A DNA stretch of 64,000 bases from a virus (taxonomy: Duplodnaviria; Caudoviricetes): IMG/VR virus record IMGVR_UViG_3300012979_000031, positions 30,807-94,806 of that record. The stretch is one strand, 5' to 3'. Within the stretch, counting starts at the first letter, position 1; each line of letters opens with the position of its first letter. The translations under genes and the position numbers were made by a program. The notes below the pieces were generated by a model. That model searched no databases, was not told the DNA's origin, and saw nothing but the letters and a program-made list of their open reading frames with translations. Shown piece by piece: positions 19,401 through 29,137 of this stretch.

Positions 19401-19880
19401 TATTGTATATTTATAGATGGACTCATGACTGGTAATTATTCGGGAAGTGTTGATAATATTCTCTATAATACACCAGTTGAAAATCCATACTCAACCGAAC
19501 CAATAGAAGCATTACTAGAAAAGTATAGAAGTAACTACTTAGTATTTAATGGGCAGAAATATTACTATAAAAAATACTTAGAGTCTCCAAATAAAAACTT
19601 CTCATTATTCTTAAGATTTATAATGGGAAAAGTAACGAGGGAGTTATTTAAGAAGAAAAGTGAGTTAATAGGAGAAAAGACTGTAGGAAGAATAAAGCAA
19701 GCTGTAACAGACATACTAGGGAAGATTGGAAATAGTTTTAGTATAGTTGATAAAATCGAGTTAGCTAATTTCAGTACAGATCTTGAGAATAACACATTAA
19801 ATATTGAAGTACTTACAGCAGTTAAAACGTTGTTAGATAAAGATATAGTACTTAACATAACTTTAAATTTAAATAAATAA
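16428..19880 (+). CDS. Second, divergent tail-sheath-like protein with inserted BACON/Ig-like domains
   Basis: Sheath-like N-terminus (ETPILVNSISELNALF) and C-terminus (ELIGEK..IKQAVTDIL..NNTLNIEVLTAV..IVLNITL); directly upstream of the tube gene. Confidence 0.6.
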   Translation: MFIRLGNTKINYRDAKPEKYMLFAEVVNSPLSYETPILVNSISELNALFSKDFDDYIYLKRLLETYGNIGLYLFKPFSPHKSQSVLESDEYLDYSGFTKIKPYDIFVPDKSYIGYFEEWKSNPDLVIEVFIDENDLGKGISYKKLVGDSWVTVDKPSAGLIFKGEPIVDKKLSEFKTLRDSDEVCIVLGEDVWVYCEGFGFVLESELPQNLAGIKDSESLDNRSTIFIPSTPEIDYIHPEYRTGKGLGVYSFSDLPDIPRTSINPERIREGYETLALRLHVSEELSSDNNSVFSFLRIGDNGTRVTYSFSTSLKPAGISENETFITLGSTTNLIEEVENYFAGNQYITTFRDNSDLILCGRLVDLGYNTFNGLSLEPDYTITQSIIYKSCENIPGIQAWSKTIGGTSELDDDGVIKVQIEHVENYEYLIIISRYDYTETFQGSIKNITGLDRLDYIVSKNSKLLYLKLTGNLEEIKTGEFYLSRGTYLKDYHREDWMNSLKIMFNENSSKNVRADFLLIPNIQNYVPKTIDKNYNYYKEYETILKYCRANCIQALIQNSPSENRFIEISEDPESVNFEKGTIYYVPGENVDDYLNEYNELSVDTGIHLRYNEKIQECSYNGSTVRSVVFSENCSGQEVTYVEPITLDASNESWCTVNQKTGAVTFKENKGDIRAVIITASYIKDGVTWKYDHFAVQKGKTGGNNLDLEQEFVYTIQKSNGGVARLRPFNIPGVGQASSSNLVYCGIEGNKPEWCEIDSKGNVTFSENQDEYPRSVLVKARWKVGEEYYDWITIATQWGTRGETGKYPRLSGVSSCYIPISSTGGSDTPRNGWTFYSSQYNYSSVDRKTMTFELASNVSNPGWKDFFKDGYILQFRNLSKYQQVIRVPKRDTTTLGNDCLIQEYVVSPGKSIVLKVSHPERKIFEWEKIQVNSGYWILGENGELEKVHDTATIDTAVSGGDFIYNYIKDNSSWLLYFYGSIYTRTYGIKYPGYCIFIDGLMTGNYSGSVDNILYNTPVENPYSTEPIEALLEKYRSNYLVFNGQKYYYKKYLESPNKNFSLFLRFIMGKVTRELFKKKSELIGEKTVGRIKQAVTDILGKIGNSFSIVDKIELANFSTDLENNTLNIEVLTAVKTLLDKDIVLNITLNLNK

Positions 19881-20479
19881 TGGCAGATATTAATAAGTTA
19901 GTGCCTCAACTTGTGAGAAGCGGCAATGGTTATATGAGTTATGTAGATTACATGAATTCATATAGAGAGGATAATAAAGAGTTCCTAACAGAAGATAAGT
20001 GGCATTTTGAGTTTATTAATGCTCCAAAGATTGTCTATTTCCCAGGAAGCGATCTTTTTAATAGACGTTTGCAGAATGTTAATGTAAGTGTTAGCGGCTC
20101 TGTTAATGGATTTGAGAAGAGAATGCGTGGAAACTTTACTATCATTCAGAAAACAGGACAGGATACTTCAGGTTCTTTGTCTCTTGGATTTATAGATCGT
20201 GAGGACCAGGCTATTTCTTATTTTGTTGATGATTGGAAACAGAAAATTGCAGATCGTGATACAAAATACTCTTTCAGAAAGGATGACTTGGTAGCAGATT
20301 GTAGATTGATACTTCTTAACTCAGGACGTCAGCCAGTTCGTACACTTACTTTCTGGAACTGTATAATTGATGATGCAAGTCTAGATGAGAATGGTGTAGA
20401 GAGTGATGGTTCAGATAGATCAGATATTCAGTTATCAATGAGATTTGAGCATTACAGCAGAGATTTTGATAACCTATAA
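19880..20479 (+). CDS. Tail tube protein
   Basis: 199 aa; T4 gp19-like pattern SLSLGFIDREDQAISYFVDDWKQ...VRTLTFWNC...IQLSMRFEHY. Confidence 0.75.
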   Translation: MADINKLVPQLVRSGNGYMSYVDYMNSYREDNKEFLTEDKWHFEFINAPKIVYFPGSDLFNRRLQNVNVSVSGSVNGFEKRMRGNFTIIQKTGQDTSGSLSLGFIDREDQAISYFVDDWKQKIADRDTKYSFRKDDLVADCRLILLNSGRQPVRTLTFWNCIIDDASLDENGVESDGSDRSDIQLSMRFEHYSRDFDNL

Positions 20480-20486
20480 TAAAGAT

Positions 20487-20520
20487 AAGGGGCTTTATAA
20501 AACGGAGCCTCTTCTTTTTT
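20487..20520 (+). terminator. Terminator after tube gene
   Basis: AAGGGGCTTT...GGAGCCTCTT hairpin plus T run. Confidence 0.65.
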
Positions 20521-20529
20521 GTTCTTTCT

Positions 20530-20550
20530 TAGATTCTACCCTTATCTTTG
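20530..20550 (+). promoter_or_regulatory. Putative promoter with exact Bacteroidota-type -7 box TAnnTTTG
   Basis: TAGATTCTACCCTTATCTTTG upstream of the ATG at 20580. Confidence 0.55.
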
Positions 20551-20579
20551 ATAGAAAATAAAATTAAATTTAAAATATT

Positions 20580-21323
20580 ATGGAAATACTAACTACACAA
20601 TTACCAAGTGGAGGTTATAAATACCCTTTCACAACTGTAAATATTTCTCCAATGAATTTTTTACAGATTACAAAATACCTAGAGAATTGTCCTAAAGATC
20701 CTCTAGAAAAATACTTATATGATATTAGATTATTAAAACAAGAAGATCCTAGAATTGAAGATTGTTATGTAATGGACCTAGATTTTCTTATATTCCTAAA
20801 GAAGCTTATTACAGTTAGTGATGATCTTACTTATACTATATCAGCTAAATGTCCAGGTTGTGGAAAAATATTAAAGAAGAAGATTAGTCTAGAAAATGAT
20901 ATCCACTTCAAACAGATAGATTCTAAAATTATGGAAGGAGCTCAGATTAGATTAGGAGATAGATCTTATGATACGATAGTTCCTACTGTAAAAGATCTAG
21001 AGGAAGTAATGGGTATGTACATCAGATATAGAAAAATTACAGACATTAGATTAATAAAGACAATTTCACTGATAAAGAATTTCAAAATAGCAGCTAATCA
21101 GATTGAAAAAGACGTTCTTGAAGCAACACATTCAGATATTACTTTGTTACTTGCTTTACAGGAATTATATTTTGATAGATTAGAGGGAGTTGAGTTAAGT
21201 TGTTCATGTAATAAAGAAGGAAGGGGGAGTATGACAGTAAGCGTTGATTCACTTATTGTCGATTTCTTTCGAGACATCCTTAACAACTGCCCGATTAATG
21301 AGTCTAAAATTTTATTTAAATAA
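20580..21323 (+). CDS. Baseplate hub assembly / tail assembly chaperone (T4 gp26-like)
   Basis: Starts QLPSGGY; DLDFLIFLKKLIT, CPGC and CSC; lies between tube and tape measure. Confidence 0.6.
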   Translation: MEILTTQLPSGGYKYPFTTVNISPMNFLQITKYLENCPKDPLEKYLYDIRLLKQEDPRIEDCYVMDLDFLIFLKKLITVSDDLTYTISAKCPGCGKILKKKISLENDIHFKQIDSKIMEGAQIRLGDRSYDTIVPTVKDLEEVMGMYIRYRKITDIRLIKTISLIKNFKIAANQIEKDVLEATHSDITLLLALQELYFDRLEGVELSCSCNKEGRGSMTVSVDSLIVDFFRDILNNCPINESKILFK

Positions 21324-21537
21324 GATTCTAAAATGTGATAATATCGAACATTACTCTTTAAGAACATTAGAAGAGCTGAAGAGTTGTTATGATGATTTTA
21401 TAAAGAAAACTGGAAGTGATCCTGATTTTCCTACTCTACCTATGAATTCTGATGGATCTTTAAACATTGGAGCAGATAAATTGTCTGGTGATAGCTTAGA
21501 AGATGCGGGTATGAGTCAAGATAAAGGATTACTATAA
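21298..21537 (+). CDS. Small tail chaperone partner, possibly expressed by frameshift from the upstream gene
   Basis: Overlapping +1-frame ORF (open from 21244) immediately before the tape measure gene. Confidence 0.5.
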   Translation: MSLKFYLNKILKCDNIEHYSLRTLEELKSCYDDFIKKTGSDPDFPTLPMNSDGSLNIGADKLSGDSLEDAGMSQDKGLL

Positions 21538-21548
21538 CTTAATTAAAA

Positions 21549-24500
21549 ATGGCAGATAAGAGTTTAGACCGAGATACACGAAGAATTGATCAAGCTAGGG
21601 TACAGAAGGGCAGAGAACTTGAAATGATGCAGCAAGCTCAAAATCAATTCTTAGCTATTCAGGCAGAAAGAAAACAAAACCTGACAGAACAGAGAAATAT
21701 TATGGGTATGGAACAACAGCATAATATGAGTTTAATGCAGGGTGCTCAAATTGCTGCAAGTGGAAGTAATGACCCGGGGATACCTCAAACTGTTGATCCA
21801 CGTACACAAGCAGTAATGAATAAGTATGGAATGGGTCGTCCTAGGTTCCAAAAATCCTCTCAACATACACAACAGGTTACTAAACAAAATGTAGTTATAA
21901 ACAATACTACGAACAATAATACAACTAATAACGTAAATGCTGGAGGATATGGAGGACCTGTACAAGGAAGAGCATTATCCTTTAGAAATACTGGAAACGA
22001 AAGTACTGAAAAATTTAAAGTATGGCTAACTAATTCCTACGCACGTCAACAACAACAAGCCGCTATACGTAACAGAGAATATGAAAAACGTGAAGATTCT
22101 TTAGTTCGTAGTAGTAATAAAATGATGAGGAAACTAGAAGGTATTGGCAAAACTATGGGTAAATTATTAGACCCTAGGAGAATTGGAAATACAATAGTAG
22201 ACCCTCTTAAGATGCTTTTTACTTTCATGGGATTTCACCTATTTATTAAGAACTGGGGAATCTTGATGAATATAATGAGAAAAGCTGAATCATTTTTTAC
22301 TGGAGTTGCAACAAAACTTGGTTTTAGTATAGATGACGGCAAAGTCTCACTAAATAAAGATAAACTAGTTAGTGCAACAGATAAAAAGTTTGGTTGGTTT
22401 GGTACACAGATGATTAAAGCCTTCGGTGGTAATCCTAGTAGGGGTGAATCCATTGGAGATGTTCTTAAGTGGACAATCATTGGAGACAGTCAACACTATG
22501 GTCTCTGGGAACAAATAAAAGACTATCTTAATGACAAGTTTGATGAGAGAAGTGAAGCAATCAAATCCTTACAAAGACCGGATCTATCTAAGTATATAAA
22601 TGGAACTCAGGTTGATTTTGTTGGTGCAGGTAGTGAGCTTATTAAATACCTAAGTGATGTTCTTGCAGTTTCTATTACAGGATCCAGAGCTTTAGCTAAA
22701 ATGACCTTAGAAAAAACTCAAGCTGAAGACATAAAAAAATATGAAGGCTTTGGAAATTATAAGGTAGTAAATTCTGATAATTCTAACATAACAGATAATA
22801 GTCAAAACCTTAAGAACAATCTAAGAGCGCAAGGATCAGTTTTCAGTAAGACTAATGTTTCTTTTCAGCCTAGAAATACATTAGATGGAGCTAAACATTC
22901 AGAATTTTTCTCAGACGTTCAACTTAGACATCTTAAAGCGGCAGGTCTTACTCCACTACTTGATGAGAAAGGTACAGAGGTTGGAGCTACTTCCTACTAC
23001 ATGGGCATTAAAGATAAATATGGTCGAGATACAGATGAACAAGGACTTAGATTTAGATTTAAAGATGAGAATGGTACTATCTACGCCATTGGAATGCATA
23101 AAGACGGAAGATGGCATGAAAATGGATTAGTAATAGATGACCCAAGATATCAGTTTAGTGGAAAAGATTGGTACTCGGGTGGATTGATAACTTACACTGG
23201 AGAATCAAGAAATGTAGTAAATAAAACTAGATTATCGGCAGGAGAAATAGAAGATGGAAAACTAAAGAGTAAATCTGCCTTCTTTAAACAGTGGAATGAT
23301 GAAGTTACGGAAGCTCAAAATAAAAACTCTGGTGATGTCATGAAGTTTATCTGGGGTATGGATAGAATTAAAGCCTACGTAGATAAAATGGAAAACAATG
23401 ACTACTTACCTATTCCAGAAGACGCTTTAAAATCCGTACTAGCTCTAGATGATGAAACTATTGCGAATTATAAAAGTGAAAATATCCTAGTTCAAAAAGT
23501 ATTTCTATCAGTTCGAAGAAATATGAGTATAGGGGAAATGTGTTCTATAAGTGGTAAACCAAACCCAATGCAGACAGGAGCTACAACCTATATTAATACT
23601 ATGATCAGAAATAAAAGCACAATGTTAGCTATTTATGATTATGGTAAGGCTCTAACAAAGGATATGTCTGCTGTATGGAATGTTCTTTTCCCAGACGAAA
23701 CTATTTATAATAGTGCAAGAGCCGCTGGAGCTGGTAATTTTGTAGCACGTTATTTAAGTATGCTTCCTCTTTCAACTGTCGGAACTATTATAAAAAGAAA
23801 TCCCGCATTAAGTGGATTAGTTGATTACAGTCTAGCAAAAAATCTAGGTCTTGAAGGAGTTCCTACAGTAATAGCAGATACAATTCCAGAGGAAGATTTT
23901 CAAAAGTTAAAAGCACTTGATGAAAGAGCTCTAAAGGATAAAAGAATTAACGCTAGAGTATTTAATGTAAGCTTAATAGATGCTGTTACTGGAAACTTAA
24001 CTAATGACAGAAGAAAATCCGAAATTAGATTATGGGCTATCAAGGCTGGAGCTCTAAGAAAGATTTTAAAGAATATTGGAGTTGATGATAGCATATGGAA
24101 TTCTAAGACAGATGATGAAGTAGCTGAAAGTAAAGAAGAAGATGCTGCTCATAAAACCGCTAATTGGTTACAGAGAAAATTGTGGGGTAATACTGAGTTT
24201 GATGCTAGAAAAGACTTCCCTGAATTACAATTATCTACTACAGCAGCTAATACTGAAATATACGATAAAGAAAAACGTAATAAGAGAAGAAGAGCTGAGA
24301 AAAGAGCTGACCAAGAAACAGAGTATGATAGAATCAGAACAGCAGCAGAGATTGATGAAACTACAGCTAAGAGTTATAACCTAGAGGGATTATTACCTCC
24401 TAATGCTGGACAAGAATCAAAAATAGCTTATATTAAGAATGAATTAAGCAGAGCTGGTATTACTGATAAAGATACTCAAAATGCAATCATCGGTAATCTA

Positions 24501-25610
24501 CTTTCTGAATCTGGATTAAAAGAATATAGTGCAGAAATAATCACTGACAAAAAGACTGGTCAAAAAGTAATAAGAGGAGAAGGAATAGCACAGTGGACTT
24601 CACAAGATAGGAAAAAGTCTGTCTTAGATTACATTAATAAAATCAGAAAAGACAATGGTGAACCTCCTGTAAGTAAAATTTCAGATGCTACTTTCGAACA
24701 ACAAGTATCAGCCCTATTATATAACTCTACGGATGGCTTAAAAAATTCTAAGTTAGGAAGAAAGACCCTAGATAATATGGGAAAACAGTCAGATCTTAGA
24801 GGAAAAACAATAGCTTACATGGATACTTGGGAAAAATCTTGGGCTAGTGGAAGTTTTGAAAAGAAATTCCCAGATGCACCTTCAGGACCTAAAGCTAAAT
24901 CTAGAAATGATGAATCCTTACGAAGAACTAGACACTCTGAAACAGCTTCCCTAGTAGATGGTGGAGAAGGTTCTTTATTAGCTAGAGGTGTAGGAGCAAT
25001 AGCAGAAGGAGCTACTGGATTGATTAATAAAACTATCGGTGGTATAAATTATCTCATTGACTCGGAGGGTGGTGCTTATATCAAAAATGCGATTACGGGT
25101 GCTATAGAGAAAACAGGAAAAACTGTAGATGAGTTGAAAGCAAGAATCCCTAAAGTAACTACAAGACGATACAATGTAGGAGACCTTGGACCAGAATTCA
25201 ATAACTATGAGTATTATCTTCAAAATTCAGGTCAACTTCCAGGGGGTCTAAGCCCAGCACAATGGGAGGAGGCTGTACACACTAGAACTGGTTTTTATCC
25301 TAATGTATTAACTGATATTAGTGGTAGATTCAATTCCATTTCTCCATCAGATGTTGTATTCGCTAAAGGATCTGATAGTACGATAAGAGGCGAAGCTGCT
25401 ACTCTAGAGGCTATATCTAAAATTAAGTTTGGAGCTAGTAAGATGGAAGAGGAAGCTAAGAAAAAGAAAGAAGAGGAAGAAAATAGAAATAAAGAAAATA
25501 GTCTCCACCTGGCTGAAATTGCTGTTAATACTAAGATTATGGGCAATACTTGGGCTAGAATGGTTGACTCTCTTCGCGGTGCTTCTGATACCCCTATTAA
25601 AACGAATTAA
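21549..25610 (+). CDS. Tape measure protein with phage-tail-lysozyme-like domain
   Basis: 1353 aa, helical and Q-rich N-terminus; NAIIGNLLSESGL...GIAQWT..R motif of tail lysozymes. Confidence 0.75.
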   Translation: MADKSLDRDTRRIDQARVQKGRELEMMQQAQNQFLAIQAERKQNLTEQRNIMGMEQQHNMSLMQGAQIAASGSNDPGIPQTVDPRTQAVMNKYGMGRPRFQKSSQHTQQVTKQNVVINNTTNNNTTNNVNAGGYGGPVQGRALSFRNTGNESTEKFKVWLTNSYARQQQQAAIRNREYEKREDSLVRSSNKMMRKLEGIGKTMGKLLDPRRIGNTIVDPLKMLFTFMGFHLFIKNWGILMNIMRKAESFFTGVATKLGFSIDDGKVSLNKDKLVSATDKKFGWFGTQMIKAFGGNPSRGESIGDVLKWTIIGDSQHYGLWEQIKDYLNDKFDERSEAIKSLQRPDLSKYINGTQVDFVGAGSELIKYLSDVLAVSITGSRALAKMTLEKTQAEDIKKYEGFGNYKVVNSDNSNITDNSQNLKNNLRAQGSVFSKTNVSFQPRNTLDGAKHSEFFSDVQLRHLKAAGLTPLLDEKGTEVGATSYYMGIKDKYGRDTDEQGLRFRFKDENGTIYAIGMHKDGRWHENGLVIDDPRYQFSGKDWYSGGLITYTGESRNVVNKTRLSAGEIEDGKLKSKSAFFKQWNDEVTEAQNKNSGDVMKFIWGMDRIKAYVDKMENNDYLPIPEDALKSVLALDDETIANYKSENILVQKVFLSVRRNMSIGEMCSISGKPNPMQTGATTYINTMIRNKSTMLAIYDYGKALTKDMSAVWNVLFPDETIYNSARAAGAGNFVARYLSMLPLSTVGTIIKRNPALSGLVDYSLAKNLGLEGVPTVIADTIPEEDFQKLKALDERALKDKRINARVFNVSLIDAVTGNLTNDRRKSEIRLWAIKAGALRKILKNIGVDDSIWNSKTDDEVAESKEEDAAHKTANWLQRKLWGNTEFDARKDFPELQLSTTAANTEIYDKEKRNKRRRAEKRADQETEYDRIRTAAEIDETTAKSYNLEGLLPPNAGQESKIAYIKNELSRAGITDKDTQNAIIGNLLSESGLKEYSAEIITDKKTGQKVIRGEGIAQWTSQDRKKSVLDYINKIRKDNGEPPVSKISDATFEQQVSALLYNSTDGLKNSKLGRKTLDNMGKQSDLRGKTIAYMDTWEKSWASGSFEKKFPDAPSGPKAKSRNDESLRRTRHSETASLVDGGEGSLLARGVGAIAEGATGLINKTIGGINYLIDSEGGAYIKNAITGAIEKTGKTVDELKARIPKVTTRRYNVGDLGPEFNNYEYYLQNSGQLPGGLSPAQWEEAVHTRTGFYPNVLTDISGRFNSISPSDVVFAKGSDSTIRGEAATLEAISKIKFGASKMEEEAKKKKEEEENRNKENSLHLAEIAVNTKIMGNTWARMVDSLRGASDTPIKTN

Positions 25611-25615
25611 TAATT

Positions 25616-27109
25616 ATGGCAAATTTTACAACAGGAACAGGTTATAATAAGACTTACACTGATAGAAATAGACCGTTCTCTGGGTGGTATTATGATGATC
25701 AACAGAATATCTTCAATACTTCAAGACTACTTACTGTTTCTCTTCATGCTAATTCAGTTCCAGTTACTGCAGAAGAGACGACTGAAATAACTGATGGAAA
25801 AGAGACAGTCAAAAGAAGTAAGAGTAAGTTAATGTGGTATCATCATAATAACTCTGCCCTACGTTCCGGAAGTGCTCTACTCCGCTATCCTTATGGTAAA
25901 CTAGATAGAGATGATTCTGCTAGTTTTAATAAAGGCATAGTAGGTAAAGAAGCAGTTAGTGGATATTTTATTGAGCCCTTATGTACTTGTTTTACTAATG
26001 AAGACTTTAATATAACTGTAAGCAATAATTATCAACAGGCAGGTGGTGATATGGTTGAACAAACTTGGAATAGTATAAAACCTATCGCCCCAGCCATTGA
26101 TAAGATGATAAGAATGGGAGATATGGCAGTTAAAAAGCTAGAAAGTGAAAGTAAGAGTGCTAATAATGGCCCTATAATGTCTGCCCTGACTGATTGGCTT
26201 TATAGAGGTGGAAATACTATTCAAGGCTTTCTTAGTGAGACTGGTGGTGTAATGTCGGAATACTTAAATAAATCTCTAGTTTTGAATGGTGCTAGATTTT
26301 CTTACTACGGTGGAACTAACTTAGCTTTTAATACCCTAGGAATGAAGTTTACAATATTTCCCAAGTGGTATATAAATAGTGAAGGTAATGCAGTATTAAG
26401 ATCAGTAGTTGAGCAAGTAAATGATATCCTTCCGTATGTAGTTGGTCAGTACTCTGATTGGTCACTTCCAGCGGCTATACTAGGAGATCACGTTGATGGT
26501 GTCTTAGGTTGGATGACTGCTCCTGGTGATTTTAGAATGAACGGTAGTGACGTTGATATTGTACAGAAAGGAACACTAAAACTAAAAATAGGTGCTCAGT
26601 ATTCTCTAACTAATCTTGTCATTGAATCTGCTTCTTTCAACTTCTCTAAACAAATGGTAAAGAATCCAGCGGCTAATTATGACTATGCTAATGGAAGTGA
26701 TGCTACGTTTGGATTTGATAATAAGAACTTTACGGATACTAATAAATCTGTAGGAGCGTTATCACCATTATATTGCGAGGTAAACTTACAACTTCGACCT
26801 ATCACTAAATATACAAGTCAAATGCTAGAAAGGTTTATTAGCGGTACTTATAATAGATACGATATGGACCTTGTTAATGGCGAATATAATAAAAACTTGT
26901 ATAATGGTAAGAAAGATATGGAAGAGAGGTATATGACTAATCAACCTGCTGAACAATTCGTTAAACTACAACAACAGTCGGATTTCCAAAACTTCTATAA
27001 TTCTCTTACTCCTGACGTAATTGATGATGAACCAGATCTTAGTTACCCAGAAGGAGGAATTGATAATGTAAGCGCAGGTGATAATGAAACAGGTACTTAC
27101 TTTACTTAA
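25616..27109 (+). CDS. Putative baseplate / tail tube initiator protein
   Basis: 497 aa following the tape measure; LKLKIG..LTNLVIESASFNFS..PLYCEVNLQL pattern. Confidence 0.55.
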   Translation: MANFTTGTGYNKTYTDRNRPFSGWYYDDQQNIFNTSRLLTVSLHANSVPVTAEETTEITDGKETVKRSKSKLMWYHHNNSALRSGSALLRYPYGKLDRDDSASFNKGIVGKEAVSGYFIEPLCTCFTNEDFNITVSNNYQQAGGDMVEQTWNSIKPIAPAIDKMIRMGDMAVKKLESESKSANNGPIMSALTDWLYRGGNTIQGFLSETGGVMSEYLNKSLVLNGARFSYYGGTNLAFNTLGMKFTIFPKWYINSEGNAVLRSVVEQVNDILPYVVGQYSDWSLPAAILGDHVDGVLGWMTAPGDFRMNGSDVDIVQKGTLKLKIGAQYSLTNLVIESASFNFSKQMVKNPAANYDYANGSDATFGFDNKNFTDTNKSVGALSPLYCEVNLQLRPITKYTSQMLERFISGTYNRYDMDLVNGEYNKNLYNGKKDMEERYMTNQPAEQFVKLQQQSDFQNFYNSLTPDVIDDEPDLSYPEGGIDNVSAGDNETGTYFT

Positions 27110-27114
27110 TTACT

Positions 27115-27417
27115 ATGTTTAAACAAAATAAACTAATAAACACTAATAAAACAGAATTGGCTAACTTTATAGAAGGTCAAGATATATTCAATTCATTACT
27201 AATATCTGAAATGAATAGACCTGGAATTATGAAGACTATCTATACGGTCACTACTGATTATAGACCTGACTTGGTAGCTCTTGAATTCTATGGCTCTGAA
27301 AATTATCTAGGAATTCTTCTATTACAAACTAGCCCTTCTCTTAGTGTTTTCAAAAAAGGTACTCAACTGAAATTACTACCTAAAGAAACAATTGATGAAA
27401 TAATAACTAGACTATGA
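27115..27417 (+). CDS. LysM / tail-X-like baseplate protein
   Basis: YRPDLVALEFYGSENYLGILL...GTQLKL motif. Confidence 0.7.
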   Translation: MFKQNKLINTNKTELANFIEGQDIFNSLLISEMNRPGIMKTIYTVTTDYRPDLVALEFYGSENYLGILLLQTSPSLSVFKKGTQLKLLPKETIDEIITRL

Positions 27418-28508
27418 GTAACAATATTAGTGGTGATGTAAACGGAATTTCTGTATATTTTAAACCTTGGACTACAGAACATTATTTTAGTATATCCGTT
27501 CTTAAAATTCATGAAGAGCTTGGAGGTGAAATAGCAGGAGGTTATATGAAATTAATTCTACATGATGTTTCTGATGTAGAGTCTGTAAAATTAGTAACCG
27601 AACTAGATACAGGCACTATTGAGATATCTTATAACTACAATAATACTCCTGTCCTGAGAATTCCTGTATATATCACTACTAAAAGTTACTTCAAAAATTT
27701 CCTAGAGATTAAATTCCTTTGTACTTCTAGGGGTAATGATGACTTCCTTGTAAAACTAACTTCTCAAACCTATACCGGAATTGAAGAAGCTATTAGTACA
27801 TATTTTCCAGAACCAGATACAGACATAGATCCTATTACAGACTTAGAGAAAATCAGAATTCAACAAATAAATGAAACTGGTATAGACTTCTGTAATAGAC
27901 TGGCCACCGGTTGGAATTCATCTACTGTCTTTGGTTATAATGCTGAAGGTAATATAATCATTAGAGATGTATCCGATCCAGGGAAAACTAAAGCAAAAGT
28001 AATCCTGGGAAAAACTAGAAGATTTAAAGAGGCACCTATTCTATCTAGGACTCCTCTACTTGATACTGAACCTATTAATCCTTGGGAAAAAGAAAGTAAA
28101 GATATTGATTATAACCTCACCAGAAAAGACTACTCTGATGTAATACCTGTAAACCTAGAGTCTAATGTGTATAGAGAGTCTTATAACATTTTCTCTAAAC
28201 AATACTCCCCCTTGATGGCTGCTTATTCTACTAATCTCAGACTACTTAAATCTAAATTCTATTCTGAAGGTGAATTAGTGGCTCTAAGTTATCCTCAATA
28301 TAGACTAGGGGATATCGTAGAACTAACTTATGAGGGTGGTGATGTAAAGAAATCTGATAAAGAAAATGAACCTATACTCTATACTAAGAATTACTTGGTA
28401 GCTAGCTGGAACTTTTTCTGGGTAGGAGCAGGAGCAGAGGGTGAAACTGATAAAAATGGTGCTCCCTTCTCTGTGATCTCAGACTTATATGGACTAGATA
28501 AATATTAA
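27414..28508 (+). CDS. Baseplate hub protein (gp27/gpD-like)
   Basis: 364 aa between LysM-like and spike genes; QINETGIDFCNRLA and YRLGDIVEL motifs. Confidence 0.6.
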   Translation: MSNNISGDVNGISVYFKPWTTEHYFSISVLKIHEELGGEIAGGYMKLILHDVSDVESVKLVTELDTGTIEISYNYNNTPVLRIPVYITTKSYFKNFLEIKFLCTSRGNDDFLVKLTSQTYTGIEEAISTYFPEPDTDIDPITDLEKIRIQQINETGIDFCNRLATGWNSSTVFGYNAEGNIIIRDVSDPGKTKAKVILGKTRRFKEAPILSRTPLLDTEPINPWEKESKDIDYNLTRKDYSDVIPVNLESNVYRESYNIFSKQYSPLMAAYSTNLRLLKSKFYSEGELVALSYPQYRLGDIVELTYEGGDVKKSDKENEPILYTKNYLVASWNFFWVGAGAEGETDKNGAPFSVISDLYGLDKY

Positions 28509-28513
28509 AACTT

Positions 28514-29137
28514 ATGAATAACAATTACTATCTTGGTATCGTGGTTGCTGTAGATAATCACGAACTACTAACTAAAAGCAAAGAACATAGAGAAATTATA
28601 GCAGATGTTCCCGGGGTTATTGAAGGAATCTTAGCTTATCCTAAAAGTTCTGAGCTAGATGAACCTAAAGTCGGAGACCCTGTTATCTTGGAATGCTTAG
28701 ACCCTATTCACAATTCCTACTTCACTTACTATAAATTAAAAGAAAATAATTTTATAGGTATTCGTGCAGCCGGGAAAATGATTAGTATAACTCCTGATAA
28801 CATAACTATTGGAATATTTGATAAAGATACTTCCTACTCCGATGATGAAATTCCAGAATCTAAGACTACAATTAAAATAGACTCTGAAGGAAATATAGAA
28901 GTGGTTTCAGAAAATAATATTCACGTAACTTCTAATAATAATATAAACATAGAGTCTAAGGGTAATATAAGTATAGACGCTGGAAATAATGAGGTATCAC
29001 TGAAAAATATAAGCTCACTAAAAACAGCAGGAGGCCAATCGATTGCTAATGGAACTGGCGGTTTTTGTGGTATACCTATTTGTCCTTTTACTGGAGCTGC
29101 TCACGTATCTAATGAAATAACAGGAATACATGAATGA
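28514..29137 (+). CDS. Baseplate central spike (gpV/gp5-like)
   Basis: OB-fold-like YLGIVV...PKVGDPV; beta-helix-like repeats (GNIEV, NNIHV, NNINI, GNISI); C-terminal Cys/His motif. Confidence 0.75.
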   Translation: MNNNYYLGIVVAVDNHELLTKSKEHREIIADVPGVIEGILAYPKSSELDEPKVGDPVILECLDPIHNSYFTYYKLKENNFIGIRAAGKMISITPDNITIGIFDKDTSYSDDEIPESKTTIKIDSEGNIEVVSENNIHVTSNNNINIESKGNISIDAGNNEVSLKNISSLKTAGGQSIANGTGGFCGIPICPFTGAAHVSNEITGIHE

